A stretch of DNA of 64,000 nt from Candidatus Ghiorseimicrobium undicola (GCA_002796125.1 PCWA01000084.1:3238-67237), one strand, 5' to 3'. Numbered from the stretch's first letter, positions 49,467-59,936 are shown. The notes: generated from the letters alone by a model not told the origin. Translations and numbers: made by a program.

Positions 49467-51551
49467 TTTCTCAGCTTGCTTTTTACTTAAATTTACCCTA
49501 CCTAACTCGTCTATTTTTATAACTTTTACTTGTATCTTATCTCCGACCTTAACCACCTCATTTGGATCTTTTATGAACTTGTCGGAAAGCTCGGATACAT
49601 GCACAAGCCCCTCTTTATTAGGCAATATTTCGCAAAAAGCTCCGAAATTCATAATACGTTTTACTACACCGCTATAAATTTTACCTACCTCGGGCACTGC
49701 GGTTATCCCTTTTATCTTCTCTATGGCTCTTTCAGATGCCTGCGCGTCTACTGAACTTACCAGTACCCTGCCGTCATCTTCTATATCAATGGTAACGCCG
49801 GTTTCTTCAATTATCTTCCTGATAGTTTTACCTCCCGGGCCTATCAATTCACCTCTTTTTTCCGGATCAATCTGCAAAACATGAATACGGGGGGCAAATT
49901 CCGAAAGATTCTCCCTGGGCTTGTCAATTGCCTGCTTCATTTTGTCCAGGATGACAAAACGAGCTTTCTTTGCCTGCATAATAGATTTCTCCAATATTTC
50001 AAACGAAATCTCTCTTATTTTCAAATCCAACTGCACGGCAGAAATGCCTGCCTTGGTTCCGGCTATTTTAAAATCCATATCGCCGAAATGATCCTCCAGG
50101 CCATTGAGGTCAGTAAGAATAGCATACTTATCATTTTCGGTTACCAAGCCCATGGCGATACCGGCTACAATATCCCTTATGGGCACTCCGGCATCCATTA
50201 AAGATAAGGCAGAAGCGCATACGGTCGCCATGCTTGAAGAACCGTTAGATTCAAGTATTTCGGATACCACCCTTACGGTATAAGGAAATTCATCTTTCGA
50301 AGGCATTAAAAATTTAAGCGCTTTTTCTGCTAACGCGCCATGCCCTATCTCGCGCCTGCCGGGGCCTCTCACAGGCTTAACCTCGCCTACGCTGAAAGGA
50401 GGAAAACTATAATGAAGCATAAATGATTTGGATGTTTCTCCTTCCAAAGACTCAATCATCTGCTCATCAGAGGCCGTACCCAATGTAGTTATGGCAAGAC
50501 CTTGAGTCTGCCCCCTGGTAAAAAGCCCTGAACCGTGCGTGCGCGGCAGGACTCCCACCTCGCAGCTAATCGGCCTTATGTCTTCATAATTCCTGCCGTC
50601 TACGCGCTTGCCCTCTTTTAATATAAATCTCCTGACTTGTTCCTTTTCCGACTCGATAAGCGCGAGCTTCACGTCACCGACTGCTACCTCCGGCGCCTCT
50701 TGAGCGAACTTTTCCACCAACGATTTAGAAAGGAGGCTTATTTCCTCTTCCCTCTTTTCTTTATCTGGGATAGAACACACTTCAATTAATTTATTATATG
50801 AAAGCTCTTTTACCTCATCCACAAGGGCAGTATCTATCTTTTTTAGGCTAAATTCACCTTGGGGCCTGCCGAGGCGTTTCTTAAACTCTTCCTGCAGAGC
50901 TATTATGCTCTGGATATGTTTATGTCCAAATTTTATGCCTTCAATAATTTTTTCCTCGCTTAACTCCTTCGCTTGTGTTTCAAGCATAATAATACCGGTT
51001 TTAGTACCGGCTACCACCAAATCTAACTCGCTTTTTTCCAACTCCTTATATGTCGGGTTTATGATAAAATTATCATCTATAAGGCCTACGCGCGCCGCGC
51101 CTATAGGGCCCAAGAAGGGAATCCCTGAAATAGACAAAGCGGATGATGCGCCGATAACCGCCAGTATATCCGGGTCATTTTCACCGTCACTGGAAAGAAC
51201 CAGCCCCATAACCTGTATCTCATTAACAAAGCCTTTAGGAAAAAGCGGGCGTATCGGCCTGTCTATCAAGCGGCAAGTAAGAATTTCGCTTTCAGACGGC
51301 CTGCCTTCTCTTTTGAAAAAACCACCCGGGATCTTTCCGGCGGCATAGGTTTTTTCTTTATATTCCACTGTCAAAGGCAGAAAATCTATGCCTTCCCTTG
51401 CCTCTTTGGAAACACAAGCAGTAACAAGCACGACTGTGCCGCCGTATGTAACGATAACGGCGCCGTCTGCCTGCTTGGCTAATTTACCTGTTTCTAAAAA
51501 TAAGTTCTGGCGGCCAAAAGATGTTTGGACGCTTACAATATCGCTATGCAT
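49464..51551 (-). CDS. pnp: Polyribonucleotide nucleotidyltransferase (PNPase)
   Basis: 695 aa; two RNase PH domains plus KH and S1. Confidence 0.9.
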   Translation of the reverse strand: MHSDIVSVQTSFGRQNLFLETGKLAKQADGAVIVTYGGTVVLVTACVSKEAREGIDFLPLTVEYKEKTYAAGKIPGGFFKREGRPSESEILTCRLIDRPIRPLFPKGFVNEIQVMGLVLSSDGENDPDILAVIGASSALSISGIPFLGPIGAARVGLIDDNFIINPTYKELEKSELDLVVAGTKTGIIMLETQAKELSEEKIIEGIKFGHKHIQSIIALQEEFKKRLGRPQGEFSLKKIDTALVDEVKELSYNKLIEVCSIPDKEKREEEISLLSKSLVEKFAQEAPEVAVGDVKLALIESEKEQVRRFILKEGKRVDGRNYEDIRPISCEVGVLPRTHGSGLFTRGQTQGLAITTLGTASDEQMIESLEGETSKSFMLHYSFPPFSVGEVKPVRGPGRREIGHGALAEKALKFLMPSKDEFPYTVRVVSEILESNGSSSMATVCASALSLMDAGVPIRDIVAGIAMGLVTENDKYAILTDLNGLEDHFGDMDFKIAGTKAGISAVQLDLKIREISFEILEKSIMQAKKARFVILDKMKQAIDKPRENLSEFAPRIHVLQIDPEKRGELIGPGGKTIRKIIEETGVTIDIEDDGRVLVSSVDAQASERAIEKIKGITAVPEVGKIYSGVVKRIMNFGAFCEILPNKEGLVHVSELSDKFIKDPNEVVKVGDKIQVKVIKIDELGRVNLSKKQAEK

Positions 51552-51557
51552 TAAGCC

Positions 51558-51836
51558 TCACTTTCGTAGATTAAGTTTCTGGATGGTTTCTTCGTATTTT
51601 TTGCTATCAGATTTTTTGAGGTAATCAAGGAGCCTGCGGCGCTTGCCTACCAGAGTCAGCAGTCCTCGGCGGGAACTATGGTCTTTCCCATGTTGTTTAA
51701 AATGGTCGGAAAGGCTGTTTATCCTTTCCGTAAGAAGAGCTATCTGCACAGAAGCCGAACCAGTATCTTTTGCATGTACCTTAAAATCACTTATTACTTT
51801 TTGTTTTTTATCTTTTGTTACAGTCAAAATATTCAC
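51558..51836 (-). CDS. rpsO: 30S ribosomal protein S15
   Basis: 92 aa; [26 protein letters not shown] signature. Confidence 0.9.
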   Translation of the reverse strand: MNILTVTKDKKQKVISDFKVHAKDTGSASVQIALLTERINSLSDHFKQHGKDHSSRRGLLTLVGKRRRLLDYLKKSDSKKYEETIQKLNLRK

Positions 51837-51854
51837 CTCCTCATTAATTTTATT

Positions 51855-51883
51855 AGTATACCGCTGCTGGCGCTTAAAGTCAA
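51855..51883 (-). promoter_or_regulatory. Candidate sigma70 promoter for rpsO-pnp
   Basis: Minus-strand TTGACT-17 nt-TATACT, followed by GAGGAGG and the rpsO start. Confidence 0.45.
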
Positions 51884-51900
51884 GCGAAAAGGCAACAAAC

Positions 51901-54831
51901 CTAACGGCTAACCCTGATTATTGCCGAAGGACATATTTGGTTATAAGCGCAATAACTGCATGTCAAATATTTTGGCTTGGCGGTAAAATCAACCCCGCGT
52001 ATGCCGCCGGCCGCCTCTTTTATTATATCTATTGTTTTTTCAAGGTCTTCGTCTGTCTTTTTCGCGCGCCCTATCAGGGCTGATTCCAGAAAATATAATT
52101 CTACGGCTTGAGGAAGTACGCCGTTAATACTTTTATACGCTAAAGCATAAATAGAAAGCTGAAGGCTTTCTTTTGCTTTTTTATCCGCGTCTTTCTGTTT
52201 TTTGACTTCCGAGGTTTTAAAATCAATAATTACCGCTTCGCCTGTTTCCAGGATATCAACCCTATCCCACCTGCCGTTTACTTTGTTATTATCTACAAAA
52301 AACGAAAATTCCTTTTCCATATAAGTTGGTAATATTGTTTTTTTAGATTCCTGGCTAAAAAACCTCCTGAGGGCAAGATATGCCGAGTTTCTTCGTTCTT
52401 CTATATGCTTACGGGAAAAAAATCCTTCCGGCCTGAAAGCGTTATCGAAAATATTCAACAAATCGCTTTCGGTTATTGCTATGTTATTAGACCTTGACTG
52501 ATAATATCTAAGCACGGCATCATGCATGGCTTTTCCGTAAAGTACCGTGTGATGCTCCATTATTGGCACGCGTAAAATATGCACGTATTTATATTTCAAG
52601 GGGCAACTCATGTAATCATCTATCTGGTAATAGCTTAAATTAAGAATTGCTTCTTTTCTTACGGCTTTCGCCAAGGGAAGCGGCTTTATTCTCGCTAAAG
52701 GAGCATTGCGCTTTATCGCTTCAAGTGAAGATGCCTTTTTAACCTCTATTTTAGCTTTCTCTTCTGTGCCTAATGCCTCAAAAATAAACCGGCTTATTTT
52801 TCTCGTCTTTTTACCGCCGTAGTCCTGGCTTGAGGTAAGGAATAATTCTTTCCTTGCCCGGGTCATGCCGACATAAAAAAGCCTGCGTTCTTCCTGAGCA
52901 TGAAAGTCGCCGCTAGGTAATATATCCTTGATTAATTCATCCGGTAATTCTATTGTCTGCGCCCGCTTCGGCCAAGGGAAACGCCCCTGCACCAGGCCCA
53001 CCATAAATACTACGTTAAATTCCAGGCCCTTTGCCTTGTGCACAGTTAAAACCGCTACCGCCGGTACATCCAAATCCGGCTCGGCCATCGCCGGGTCATC
53101 TCCCACCTCCATCAGTAAACTCAAGTGCTCGACGAAATTAACCACCCTGTCTTCCCGGGTTAATATTTCGTAGTTGCTTACGATATCGAAAAATTTGGCA
53201 ATATTACTGATTTTTTCCTCATTTTCTAAACTGGGATTTTTGGTAAGCGAAGAGATAAAACCGGTTTGCGTAAGAAATAAATAAAGCAGGCGCCCGGTAG
53301 GCATATTCTTTGAATGTTCAAGATATCTTTCTATGTCCTGCATGAACTTATTTATCGTTTCTTTTGTCTGATTGCTTAAGCCGTTGAATTGTTCATTTCC
53401 CAAATCATAGCGTAATGCCGCAAATAACGATATATTCTTACGTTTTGCATAATGCATCAGCAGGCTTAAATCCGCCATATCCACAGAATAAATTTCTGAA
53501 CTTAGAAGATAATACAAGCTTAAACTATCCTCTATATTGGCTGTTAACTTCAGAAAAGATATGCAAAGGCGTATTTCCTTGCGGGAATAAAGCCCCTGAC
53601 TGCCGCTAAAACGCCATGGAACACCCAGCATATTTAAAGATCTTAAAAATGGATCGGCATCGCTATTAGAGCGTACAAGTATGGCAAAATCCGAATATTT
53701 ATATTTTTTCTTTTCCGATTTTTCTTTTATTAATCTCGCCACATAATCAGCTTCTGATGAAAGCGTATCAAAGTTAAAATGTTCTACCGCTTTTCCTTTT
53801 TTCGCCAGCCCTATCAGGCGCTTATTTATATCGCTCTGCACCTCAAAACGGTCGGGATTATTGTGCTGAATAAGCTGATAGGCCGAATCAAGAATTTTCT
53901 GTGTCGAGCGGTAATTTTTTATTAAGGTAATTTTCTCTGATTCTGGGTATGTTTTGATAAAATTAATTATATTGCTGTAGGCAGCGCCCCGGAAGCGATA
54001 AATGCATTGGTCATCGTCTGCAACGACGGTAATATTTTTCGCTTCCCCGGCTAATAATTCCAGCATTTTAAACTGCGCGAAATTTGTATCCTGAAATTCA
54101 TCGATTAATATATATTTAAACTTGTCACGGTAGCGCCCCAAAACAGACGGGCGTTTTCTTAAAAGCTCCAAGGCCATATAAAACTGGTTACCGAAATCAA
54201 TTTTTCCTTCCTGTATTAATAATTCCTGGTATTTTTTGAAACATGAAGAAAGTTCTGTGTGCTTAAGCGCTTCTTCTCTTAATATACCGTCATTTGATTC
54301 ACCGGCTTTTTCGCGCAGGCGCGCCGTATAAGCCGTATATTCATCCACGGAAATATCTTCATCCTTTAGCCGGCTGAAATAAGTTAAAATCGCCTCAATA
54401 AACTTGGTGGGATTACCCAGCGGCCGAAAATAAGAAATATCGAACTCGAAAAGATGTTCTCTGAAAAATATAGCCGCCTCCGGCCGCGTTAACACCTTAA
54501 AATCAGGGCTAAGACCCAATGTTAGAGCGTTATCCCGCAAAATCCTGTCGCCGAAAGAATGAAAAGTAGATATCCAGATATCGGTATAGCCGTAAGGAAC
54601 AAGTAAATCCACCCTTTCTTCCATTTCATTGGCTGCTTTATCCGTAAAAGTAAGGGCCAGAATTTCATCTTGCCGTGTTTTTTCCCTATCCAGAAGATAA
54701 GCAATTCTTCGCGTAATAACCGAGGTTTTGCCTGTGCCGGCCCCAGCGATTATCAAAAGAGGGCCTTTATCATGTGTAACCGCCTGTTTTTGCTGGGGAT
54801 TTAAACCTTTAAGAATATCTGCCATAATCAA
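51901..54831 (-). CDS. UvrD-family helicase fused to a C-terminal PD-(D/E)XK (RecB/Cas4-like, Fe-S) nuclease domain (AddA-like)
   Basis: 976 aa; [10 protein letters not shown] Walker A and DEFQDTN, then a nuclease domain ending with the Cys cluster [10 protein letters not shown]. Confidence 0.75.
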   Translation of the reverse strand: MIMADILKGLNPQQKQAVTHDKGPLLIIAGAGTGKTSVITRRIAYLLDREKTRQDEILALTFTDKAANEMEERVDLLVPYGYTDIWISTFHSFGDRILRDNALTLGLSPDFKVLTRPEAAIFFREHLFEFDISYFRPLGNPTKFIEAILTYFSRLKDEDISVDEYTAYTARLREKAGESNDGILREEALKHTELSSCFKKYQELLIQEGKIDFGNQFYMALELLRKRPSVLGRYRDKFKYILIDEFQDTNFAQFKMLELLAGEAKNITVVADDDQCIYRFRGAAYSNIINFIKTYPESEKITLIKNYRSTQKILDSAYQLIQHNNPDRFEVQSDINKRLIGLAKKGKAVEHFNFDTLSSEADYVARLIKEKSEKKKYKYSDFAILVRSNSDADPFLRSLNMLGVPWRFSGSQGLYSRKEIRLCISFLKLTANIEDSLSLYYLLSSEIYSVDMADLSLLMHYAKRKNISLFAALRYDLGNEQFNGLSNQTKETINKFMQDIERYLEHSKNMPTGRLLYLFLTQTGFISSLTKNPSLENEEKISNIAKFFDIVSNYEILTREDRVVNFVEHLSLLMEVGDDPAMAEPDLDVPAVAVLTVHKAKGLEFNVVFMVGLVQGRFPWPKRAQTIELPDELIKDILPSGDFHAQEERRLFYVGMTRARKELFLTSSQDYGGKKTRKISRFIFEALGTEEKAKIEVKKASSLEAIKRNAPLARIKPLPLAKAVRKEAILNLSYYQIDDYMSCPLKYKYVHILRVPIMEHHTVLYGKAMHDAVLRYYQSRSNNIAITESDLLNIFDNAFRPEGFFSRKHIEERRNSAYLALRRFFSQESKKTILPTYMEKEFSFFVDNNKVNGRWDRVDILETGEAVIIDFKTSEVKKQKDADKKAKESLQLSIYALAYKSINGVLPQAVELYFLESALIGRAKKTDEDLEKTIDIIKEAAGGIRGVDFTAKPKYLTCSYCAYNQICPSAIIRVSR

Positions 54832-54967
54832 TTAATTAGTTAACGCTGAAAAAGCTATCCTATGCATTACGTATTGTAGTTGCTTGATTTATCAAGCCCA
54901 ATAAATTGGGCAACTACAGAGGTTTTTCAGTAAAAACTAAGGTTGCGTAAAATAAATTGTGTAAATT

Positions 54968-55145
54968 GCGGCGGATTAGCATGGCCGGCTTGGCCCGATT
55001 TCTCGCAGGGGCGCGCAATTTTCCCCGGTGTGGAAAATCGCGCTCCGCTACTCGGCCTCGCTCTGGCCGACAGGTAATCAAAGGCCAACCATGCCCGCTC
55101 GGCCTGCGTTAGGCCCTGCTCAAAATCAGGCCAAGGCGGCAGGTG
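54968..55145. other. GC-rich (~60% GC) structured non-coding block; candidate ncRNA or long structured 5' leader
   Basis: No ORF of 60 aa or more in any frame across 54832-55359. Stacked hairpins include gcgcgcaattttcc/ggaaaatcgcgc, cggcc-tcgctct-ggccg, ggccaacc..cggcc and gccctg..caggc. Confidence 0.35.
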
Positions 55146-55187
55146 AATTTAGGCAATTTTTAGTATACTACAAAAACTAATTATATC

Positions 55188-55215
55188 TTGACAATCTTTT
55201 GTTTTCAAGTATACT
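55188..55215 (+). promoter_or_regulatory. Sigma70 promoter upstream of rpmB
   Basis: TTGACA (55188-55193), 16-nt spacer, TATACT (55210-55215). A divergent TTGTCA / TAGTAT pair sits on the other strand. Confidence 0.45.
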
Positions 55216-55244
55216 GTTACAAATAAAATTAACAATATAATTGT

Positions 55245-55356
55245 ATCCCTTGCCTAAACATCGGGTAAATCTCTTCGATATTTACCCGATAGGCTGCGGG
55301 ATTAATTCGGCCATAAAACTTACGTCGGCTCCGCCTCCGTAAGTTGTGGCCTCATT
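55245..55356 (+). repeat. 5'-leader structured repeat element, copy C (rpmB leader)
   Basis: atcccttgcctaaacatcgggtaaatctcttcgatatttacccgataggctgcgggattaattcggccataaaacttacgtcggctccgcctccgtaagttgtggcctcatt, followed by aaaATG of rpmB. Confidence 0.8.
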
Positions 55357-55359
55357 AAA

Positions 55360-55590
55360 ATGCCTAAAAGTTGCAAAATATGCGGAAAAACAGCAGTCTA
55401 CGGTAATAAAATTACCAGGCGAGGTATGGCAAGAAAAAAAGGCGGTGCCGGCCGTAAAATTACCGGTATAGCCCGCCGCTGTTTTACGCCAAACCTACAG
55501 AGAATAAAAGCCGTAATCTCAGGGAAAACCGAAAGAATTTACGCCTGCACAAAATGCATCAAAGCAGGCCTGGTCAGTAAAAAAATATAA
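55360..55590 (+). CDS. rpmB: 50S ribosomal protein L28
   Basis: 76 aa; bL28 zinc-ribbon type (CKICGK...CTKC). Confidence 0.85.
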   Translation: MPKSCKICGKTAVYGNKITRRGMARKKGGAGRKITGIARRCFTPNLQRIKAVISGKTERIYACTKCIKAGLVSKKI

Positions 55591-55656
55591 TCCTGCCAAG
55601 ACTAACCATTGAGATTCCCGCTATATTCAAAATAGCCCAGATCTATACGAATAGGC

Positions 55657-57366
55657 TTAGATAGACGGCTTAATGCTGACTAATTTAAGCTGTATGGCAC
55701 GCCTATCATCGCAAGATATCCCGTTGGCACGCATCCCCCAGGAATCTATAGACGGGGTATAGGCCAAATCTAATCTTTCGGAATTTTCCACAAGATCAGC
55801 CATATTGCTCATTCCAAACCCAACTACCGGATAGGTAATTTTACCGTCAGAGGCCCAAAATTTGATTGTACCCTTGCCTAAAATTTTCGGCCTGCCCTTA
55901 ACAATAAGATTACAGGAAGAAAATACCGGCAGGGGATTTCCTCTGCCAAAGGGCATAAGGCCTTCGAGAGCGGATACAAATTTAAAATCTAATTCCTCCA
56001 AACCGAGTTCTGCTTCAATATCTAAAACCGGAACCATCTCGCAGGAAGCCAGTTCTTCTCTGGCTATTTTATTTATTGCCAGGCGGAATTTATCAATATT
56101 TTCTTTTGATATTGTAAGCCCCGCGGCATAAGCATGCCCGCCGTAAAACTCAAGCATATCCTCGCATCTTGATAGAGCGTTTAATATATGAAAATCCCTG
56201 ATAGAACGCGCTGAACCCTTACCCAATGCATCATTGGTTGAAATAATTATTGTCGGCCGGTAAAACCTGTCGCTTATCCGCGATGCTACTATACCCAAAA
56301 CCCCTTCATGCCAGCCCTGATTATCTAAAACTATAACCGTATGTTCTTTAAAATTTATTTCTCTTTGCGCCTTGGCCAGCGCCTCCTCCAATATGCCGGA
56401 TTCTATTGCCTGGCGCTTTTTATTTTCATTATGCAGCCTGACCGCCAGGCCTTCAGCCTGAGAATGAGAAGAGCTAAACAAAAGTTCAAAAGACATATCC
56501 GCTGAGTTCACCCTTCCTGCGGCATTCAATCTCGGCCCTAACATAAAACCTATCATATGCGTATTTATATCTTTGCCTTTAAGCCCGCAAACCTTAATTA
56601 ATTCTTTTATACCCGGCCTCTTAGCCCGGCTTAATATGCCAAGCCCTTCTTTTACGAATATCCTGTTTTCATCTATCAGCGGTACAACATCACAAACCGT
56701 TCCCAGAGAAACCAGGTCTAAATCATCAACAAGATTATCGGCACATAAAAGCCGGCATAACTTATATACCACCCCTACCGCCGCCAGTTCCTTAAATGGA
56801 TAAAGAGAATTCTTTATTTTGGGATTAACTATTATCTTGGCCTTAGGTAAAGTATCCAGCGGTTCGTGATGATCCACGATCATTGTATCTACTCCCAGAT
56901 GATTAAGCATTTCTATCTCGGAAAAATCAGTCATGCCGCAATCAAGGCTCACAAACAAATCTGCTCCCTGCTCTTTGGCTAAAGATACCGCCTCCTTATT
57001 TATCCCGTATCCGTCTTTTACGCGGTGCGGGATATAATGTGTTGGCTCTAATCCAAGCCGCTTAAGAACAGACTTAAAAAGTACACAGGAAGTCACCCCG
57101 TCAACATCATAATCACCGGATATAAATACCTTCTCTTTTTTTGCGGCTGCTTCTTTTAGGCGCCGCACCGCTTTTTCCATGCCGGGGATAAGTAAAGGAT
57201 CATGCATGTCGCTCATTTTAGGCTTTAGAAAAATCTCCGCCTCTTTTACGTTGGTTATGCCCCGATTAATAAACACCTGGGCTAAAACAGGAGAAATATT
57301 CAAAGAATCAGCAAGTGCCTGCCGTAGCAAAAAATCCGGCTTAGCTATGTTCCATTTTTTTTGCAT
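55657..57366 (-). CDS. recJ: Single-stranded-DNA-specific exonuclease RecJ
   Basis: 569 aa; DHH (DYDVDGVTS...DHH) and DHHA1 domains. Confidence 0.9.
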   Translation of the reverse strand: MQKKWNIAKPDFLLRQALADSLNISPVLAQVFINRGITNVKEAEIFLKPKMSDMHDPLLIPGMEKAVRRLKEAAAKKEKVFISGDYDVDGVTSCVLFKSVLKRLGLEPTHYIPHRVKDGYGINKEAVSLAKEQGADLFVSLDCGMTDFSEIEMLNHLGVDTMIVDHHEPLDTLPKAKIIVNPKIKNSLYPFKELAAVGVVYKLCRLLCADNLVDDLDLVSLGTVCDVVPLIDENRIFVKEGLGILSRAKRPGIKELIKVCGLKGKDINTHMIGFMLGPRLNAAGRVNSADMSFELLFSSSHSQAEGLAVRLHNENKKRQAIESGILEEALAKAQREINFKEHTVIVLDNQGWHEGVLGIVASRISDRFYRPTIIISTNDALGKGSARSIRDFHILNALSRCEDMLEFYGGHAYAAGLTISKENIDKFRLAINKIAREELASCEMVPVLDIEAELGLEELDFKFVSALEGLMPFGRGNPLPVFSSCNLIVKGRPKILGKGTIKFWASDGKITYPVVGFGMSNMADLVENSERLDLAYTPSIDSWGMRANGISCDDRRAIQLKLVSIKPSI

Positions 57367-57419
57367 CTAAATTTATTTATCCGTTTTATTAGAATAATTT
57401 TGCCGGAGAAATAAATTTA

Positions 57420-57500
57420 CTCCGAAGCCTACGCAGTAAATTTCGAACCCTCTGGAGTTTTTTAAACTTTAGGAAGAAATTTACAAGTGTTTAGGCAAGG
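57420..57500 (-). repeat. Degenerate copy E of the 5'-leader element in the recJ leader
   Basis: Minus strand ..actccttgcctaaacacttgtaaatttcttcc...ttcgaaatttactgcgtaggcttcggagtaaattt. The ccttgcctaaaca start and gtaaat arms are retained. Confidence 0.4.
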
Positions 57501-57664
57501 AGTTAACTTATATCCTCGGCAACAAACCGTCGGAATGATTTTACCCCGTTAGAGATAAACTGCCGTAGGCGGCTGTCTAATAAAGAATAGTTTATTATCG
57601 CCTTTTGCTTTCATAAACTGCTTTTGCCGCAAATTAAACGCCTCACCGCCATCTCTAACGGGGT

Positions 57665-59314
57665 TCACATCTTTTCCGGCGCCGATAATCCTAAAAGCGA
57701 AAGGCCGTTTTTAAACACTATTTTACAGGCATTGATTAAATCAATGCGCGCGCGGCTTAACTCTAAATTTTCTTCGTCTAAAACTTTATATTTATCATAA
57801 AACTTATGGAATTCGGCGGATAAATCCAATAGATAAGGAACCAGGGGATAGGGATCTAATACAGCAACAGCCGCCTTTAGAATATGAGGGAATTGAACCA
57901 GCTTGCGCATAAGAAATAATTCTTCAGGCTTATCCAATAAAGATAAGCTGCATGTCTTGGAAGCGTAATTCTTGTCCTTTTTTTGCATTATACTGCAAAT
58001 ACGGGCGAAGGCGTATTGTATATAATAAACCGGATTTTCACTAGAGTGCTTTTTAGCCAATTCCAAATCAAAATCAAGATGGCTGGAAAGCCTGCGGTTT
58101 ACAAGAAAGAACCTTGCCGCGTCCTTACCCACTTCGTCAATTACCTGGCGCAGCGTAACATAACTACCCTTCCTGGTTGACATCGGTATGAGCTCACCAT
58201 CACGATATAGAGTAACGAGCTGCGCAATAAGTATAGACAGGCTCTTGCTGTCGTGGCCCAGAGCCGAAACAGCCGCTTTTATCCTGGGAATATAACCATG
58301 ATGGTCGGGGCCCCAGATATTGATAATTTTTTTAAACCCGCGCTGATATTTATCCCTGTGATAAGCGATGTCGGGAGCAAGATAAGTATAAGATTTATCG
58401 CTTTTGATAATCACTCTATCTTTATCATCGGAAAATTCGCTTGATTTAAACCAGGCAGCGCCGTCTTTTTCGTAAATGAAGCCCTTCTTTTTTAGATATT
58501 CTATCGCTTTTTCTATTTTGCCGCTCTTTTCTAACTCGCCTTGAGAATACCATATATCAAATTCAACATTAAAATCCTGCAGGTCTTTTTTTATCCCCTT
58601 AAGTATGGAGTTTACGCCATACTCAGAAATATTTTTGATTTTTGATTTTTGATTTTTGATTTCTTCAGCTATTTCCTTGACATAATCACCCTGATAGCAA
58701 TCCTCCGGAAATTCTACCTGCTCATCGCATAATTCTCTCATGCGCAGTTCGATAGAACGGCCTAATATATTTATCTGATTACCTTCGTCATTAAGATAAT
58801 ATTCCTTTGCTATCTTAAATCCTAAAAATTCCATTATCCGCGAAAGACTATCGCCGACAGCCGCCTGCCGCGCGTGCGCGATACTCAACGGCCCGGTAGG
58901 ATTTGCGCTTACAAATTCAATCTGTACTTTCTCGCCTTTGCCTATATCAAGCTTGCCGTAATTATTGCCTTTCTTTATTATTTCGGATATTTCCGAATAA
59001 AAGTACGAGTTCTTGATAAAAAAGTTTATAAATCCCGGCCCGTCTATCTGAATTTTTTCTATAACAGGAAAAATCCGCAAACTCTTGATTTCTTCTTCTA
59101 TCGCCTTCTTCATTGATTCGGCTATAACACGGGGATTTTTTTTGAAAGCCTTGCTAAGCCGTAAAGCCAGGTTGGAAGATAAATCTCCATGGGCCGGTAT
59201 TTGCGGTATGTCAAGATAGATTTCGCCCAAAATGGATTCGGCGCCTGAAGGAACCTCCCGCGAGGCGGCATGCCTTAAGCATAAAACTATCTCTTCTTCA
59301 AGATTAAACCTCAT
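57665..59314 (-). CDS. argS: Arginine--tRNA ligase
   Basis: 549 aa; class I HIGH-like SANPTGPLSIAHAR and the DALR anticodon-binding domain. Confidence 0.9.
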   Translation of the reverse strand: MRFNLEEEIVLCLRHAASREVPSGAESILGEIYLDIPQIPAHGDLSSNLALRLSKAFKKNPRVIAESMKKAIEEEIKSLRIFPVIEKIQIDGPGFINFFIKNSYFYSEISEIIKKGNNYGKLDIGKGEKVQIEFVSANPTGPLSIAHARQAAVGDSLSRIMEFLGFKIAKEYYLNDEGNQINILGRSIELRMRELCDEQVEFPEDCYQGDYVKEIAEEIKNQKSKIKNISEYGVNSILKGIKKDLQDFNVEFDIWYSQGELEKSGKIEKAIEYLKKKGFIYEKDGAAWFKSSEFSDDKDRVIIKSDKSYTYLAPDIAYHRDKYQRGFKKIINIWGPDHHGYIPRIKAAVSALGHDSKSLSILIAQLVTLYRDGELIPMSTRKGSYVTLRQVIDEVGKDAARFFLVNRRLSSHLDFDLELAKKHSSENPVYYIQYAFARICSIMQKKDKNYASKTCSLSLLDKPEELFLMRKLVQFPHILKAAVAVLDPYPLVPYLLDLSAEFHKFYDKYKVLDEENLELSRARIDLINACKIVFKNGLSLLGLSAPEKM

Positions 59315-59655
59315 AACTTTACCTGTTCCGCGCTTGACCAGAGGCGTTCTAAAGCGTAAAACTCGCGCATATCAGAACGAAAAATATGTAATATAACATC
59401 GGAGGCGTCAAGTAAAACCCAAAGACAGTCATTAAAGCCCTCAAAATGCACAATCGACAATTTGTTTTTTTTAAATTCCTCTGCTATGGCCTCGGCTATC
59501 GTCTCTACCCTTTTTGACGATTCCGCGCTCACAATAACAAAATAATCCGTTATATTAGAAACTTTACCTATATTTAATATAATTATATTCTCGCCCTTTT
59601 TGTCATTGGCGATTTTAGCGGCTAACCTTGCCTTGCCTAACCCATTGATGTCCAA
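59311..59655 (-). CDS. rsfS: Ribosome silencing factor RsfS (Iojap family)
   Basis: 114 aa; DYFVIVSAESSKRV Iojap core. Confidence 0.8.
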   Translation of the reverse strand: MDINGLGKARLAAKIANDKKGENIIILNIGKVSNITDYFVIVSAESSKRVETIAEAIAEEFKKNKLSIVHFEGFNDCLWVLLDASDVILHIFRSDMREFYALERLWSSAEQVKL

Positions 59656-59735
59656 TTCCCCCCCTACAAATAAAAAACAGCGGACAGAATTCCTTTACAA
59701 CTTAATCTGTCCGCTGCCTGAAATCATGCTCAAAA

Positions 59736-59927
59736 TTATTTTTTGCCTAAAATCTTATACATCCCCGTGCCGCAGTCCGGGCATTTACCCTTTACCGCCG
59801 GGCGCCCGTTTTTCATTGTGACTTTCTGCTCATCTTTCATTGTTTTTTTACCTTTGCATTTTACGCAATACCCTTCTTCCATGTTACATCCTCCTTTCAA
59901 ATGCTCATTGCATTTACACTTTATCAC
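59736..59927 (-). CDS. Small zinc-ribbon protein (hypothetical)
   Basis: 63 aa, Lys-rich; CVKCKGKK...KGKCPDCGT gives two CxxC pairs. Confidence 0.4.
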   Translation of the reverse strand: MIKCKCNEHLKGGCNMEEGYCVKCKGKKTMKDEQKVTMKNGRPAVKGKCPDCGTGMYKILGKK

Positions 59928-59936
59928 ACTTTAAGA

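Noticed and set aside
54968-55145. GC-rich block as SRP RNA, tmRNA, RNase P or 6S RNA
   Set aside because: The conserved SRP domain IV (GGAAGCAGCCAAGG), tmRNA ends (GGGGCUG...UCCACCA) and RNase P P4 sequences were not found on either strand, and 6S cannot be judged by eye. It is kept as an unclassified structured block rather than called as a known RNA.
58632-58659. (TTTTTGA)x4 heptamer tract inside argS as a phase-variation switch
   Set aside because: argS is essential and the tract encodes an in-frame Lys/Asn/Gln-rich surface segment (IKNQKSKIKN). It is most likely AT-rich low complexity; I kept it only as a side note in the lpxB finding.
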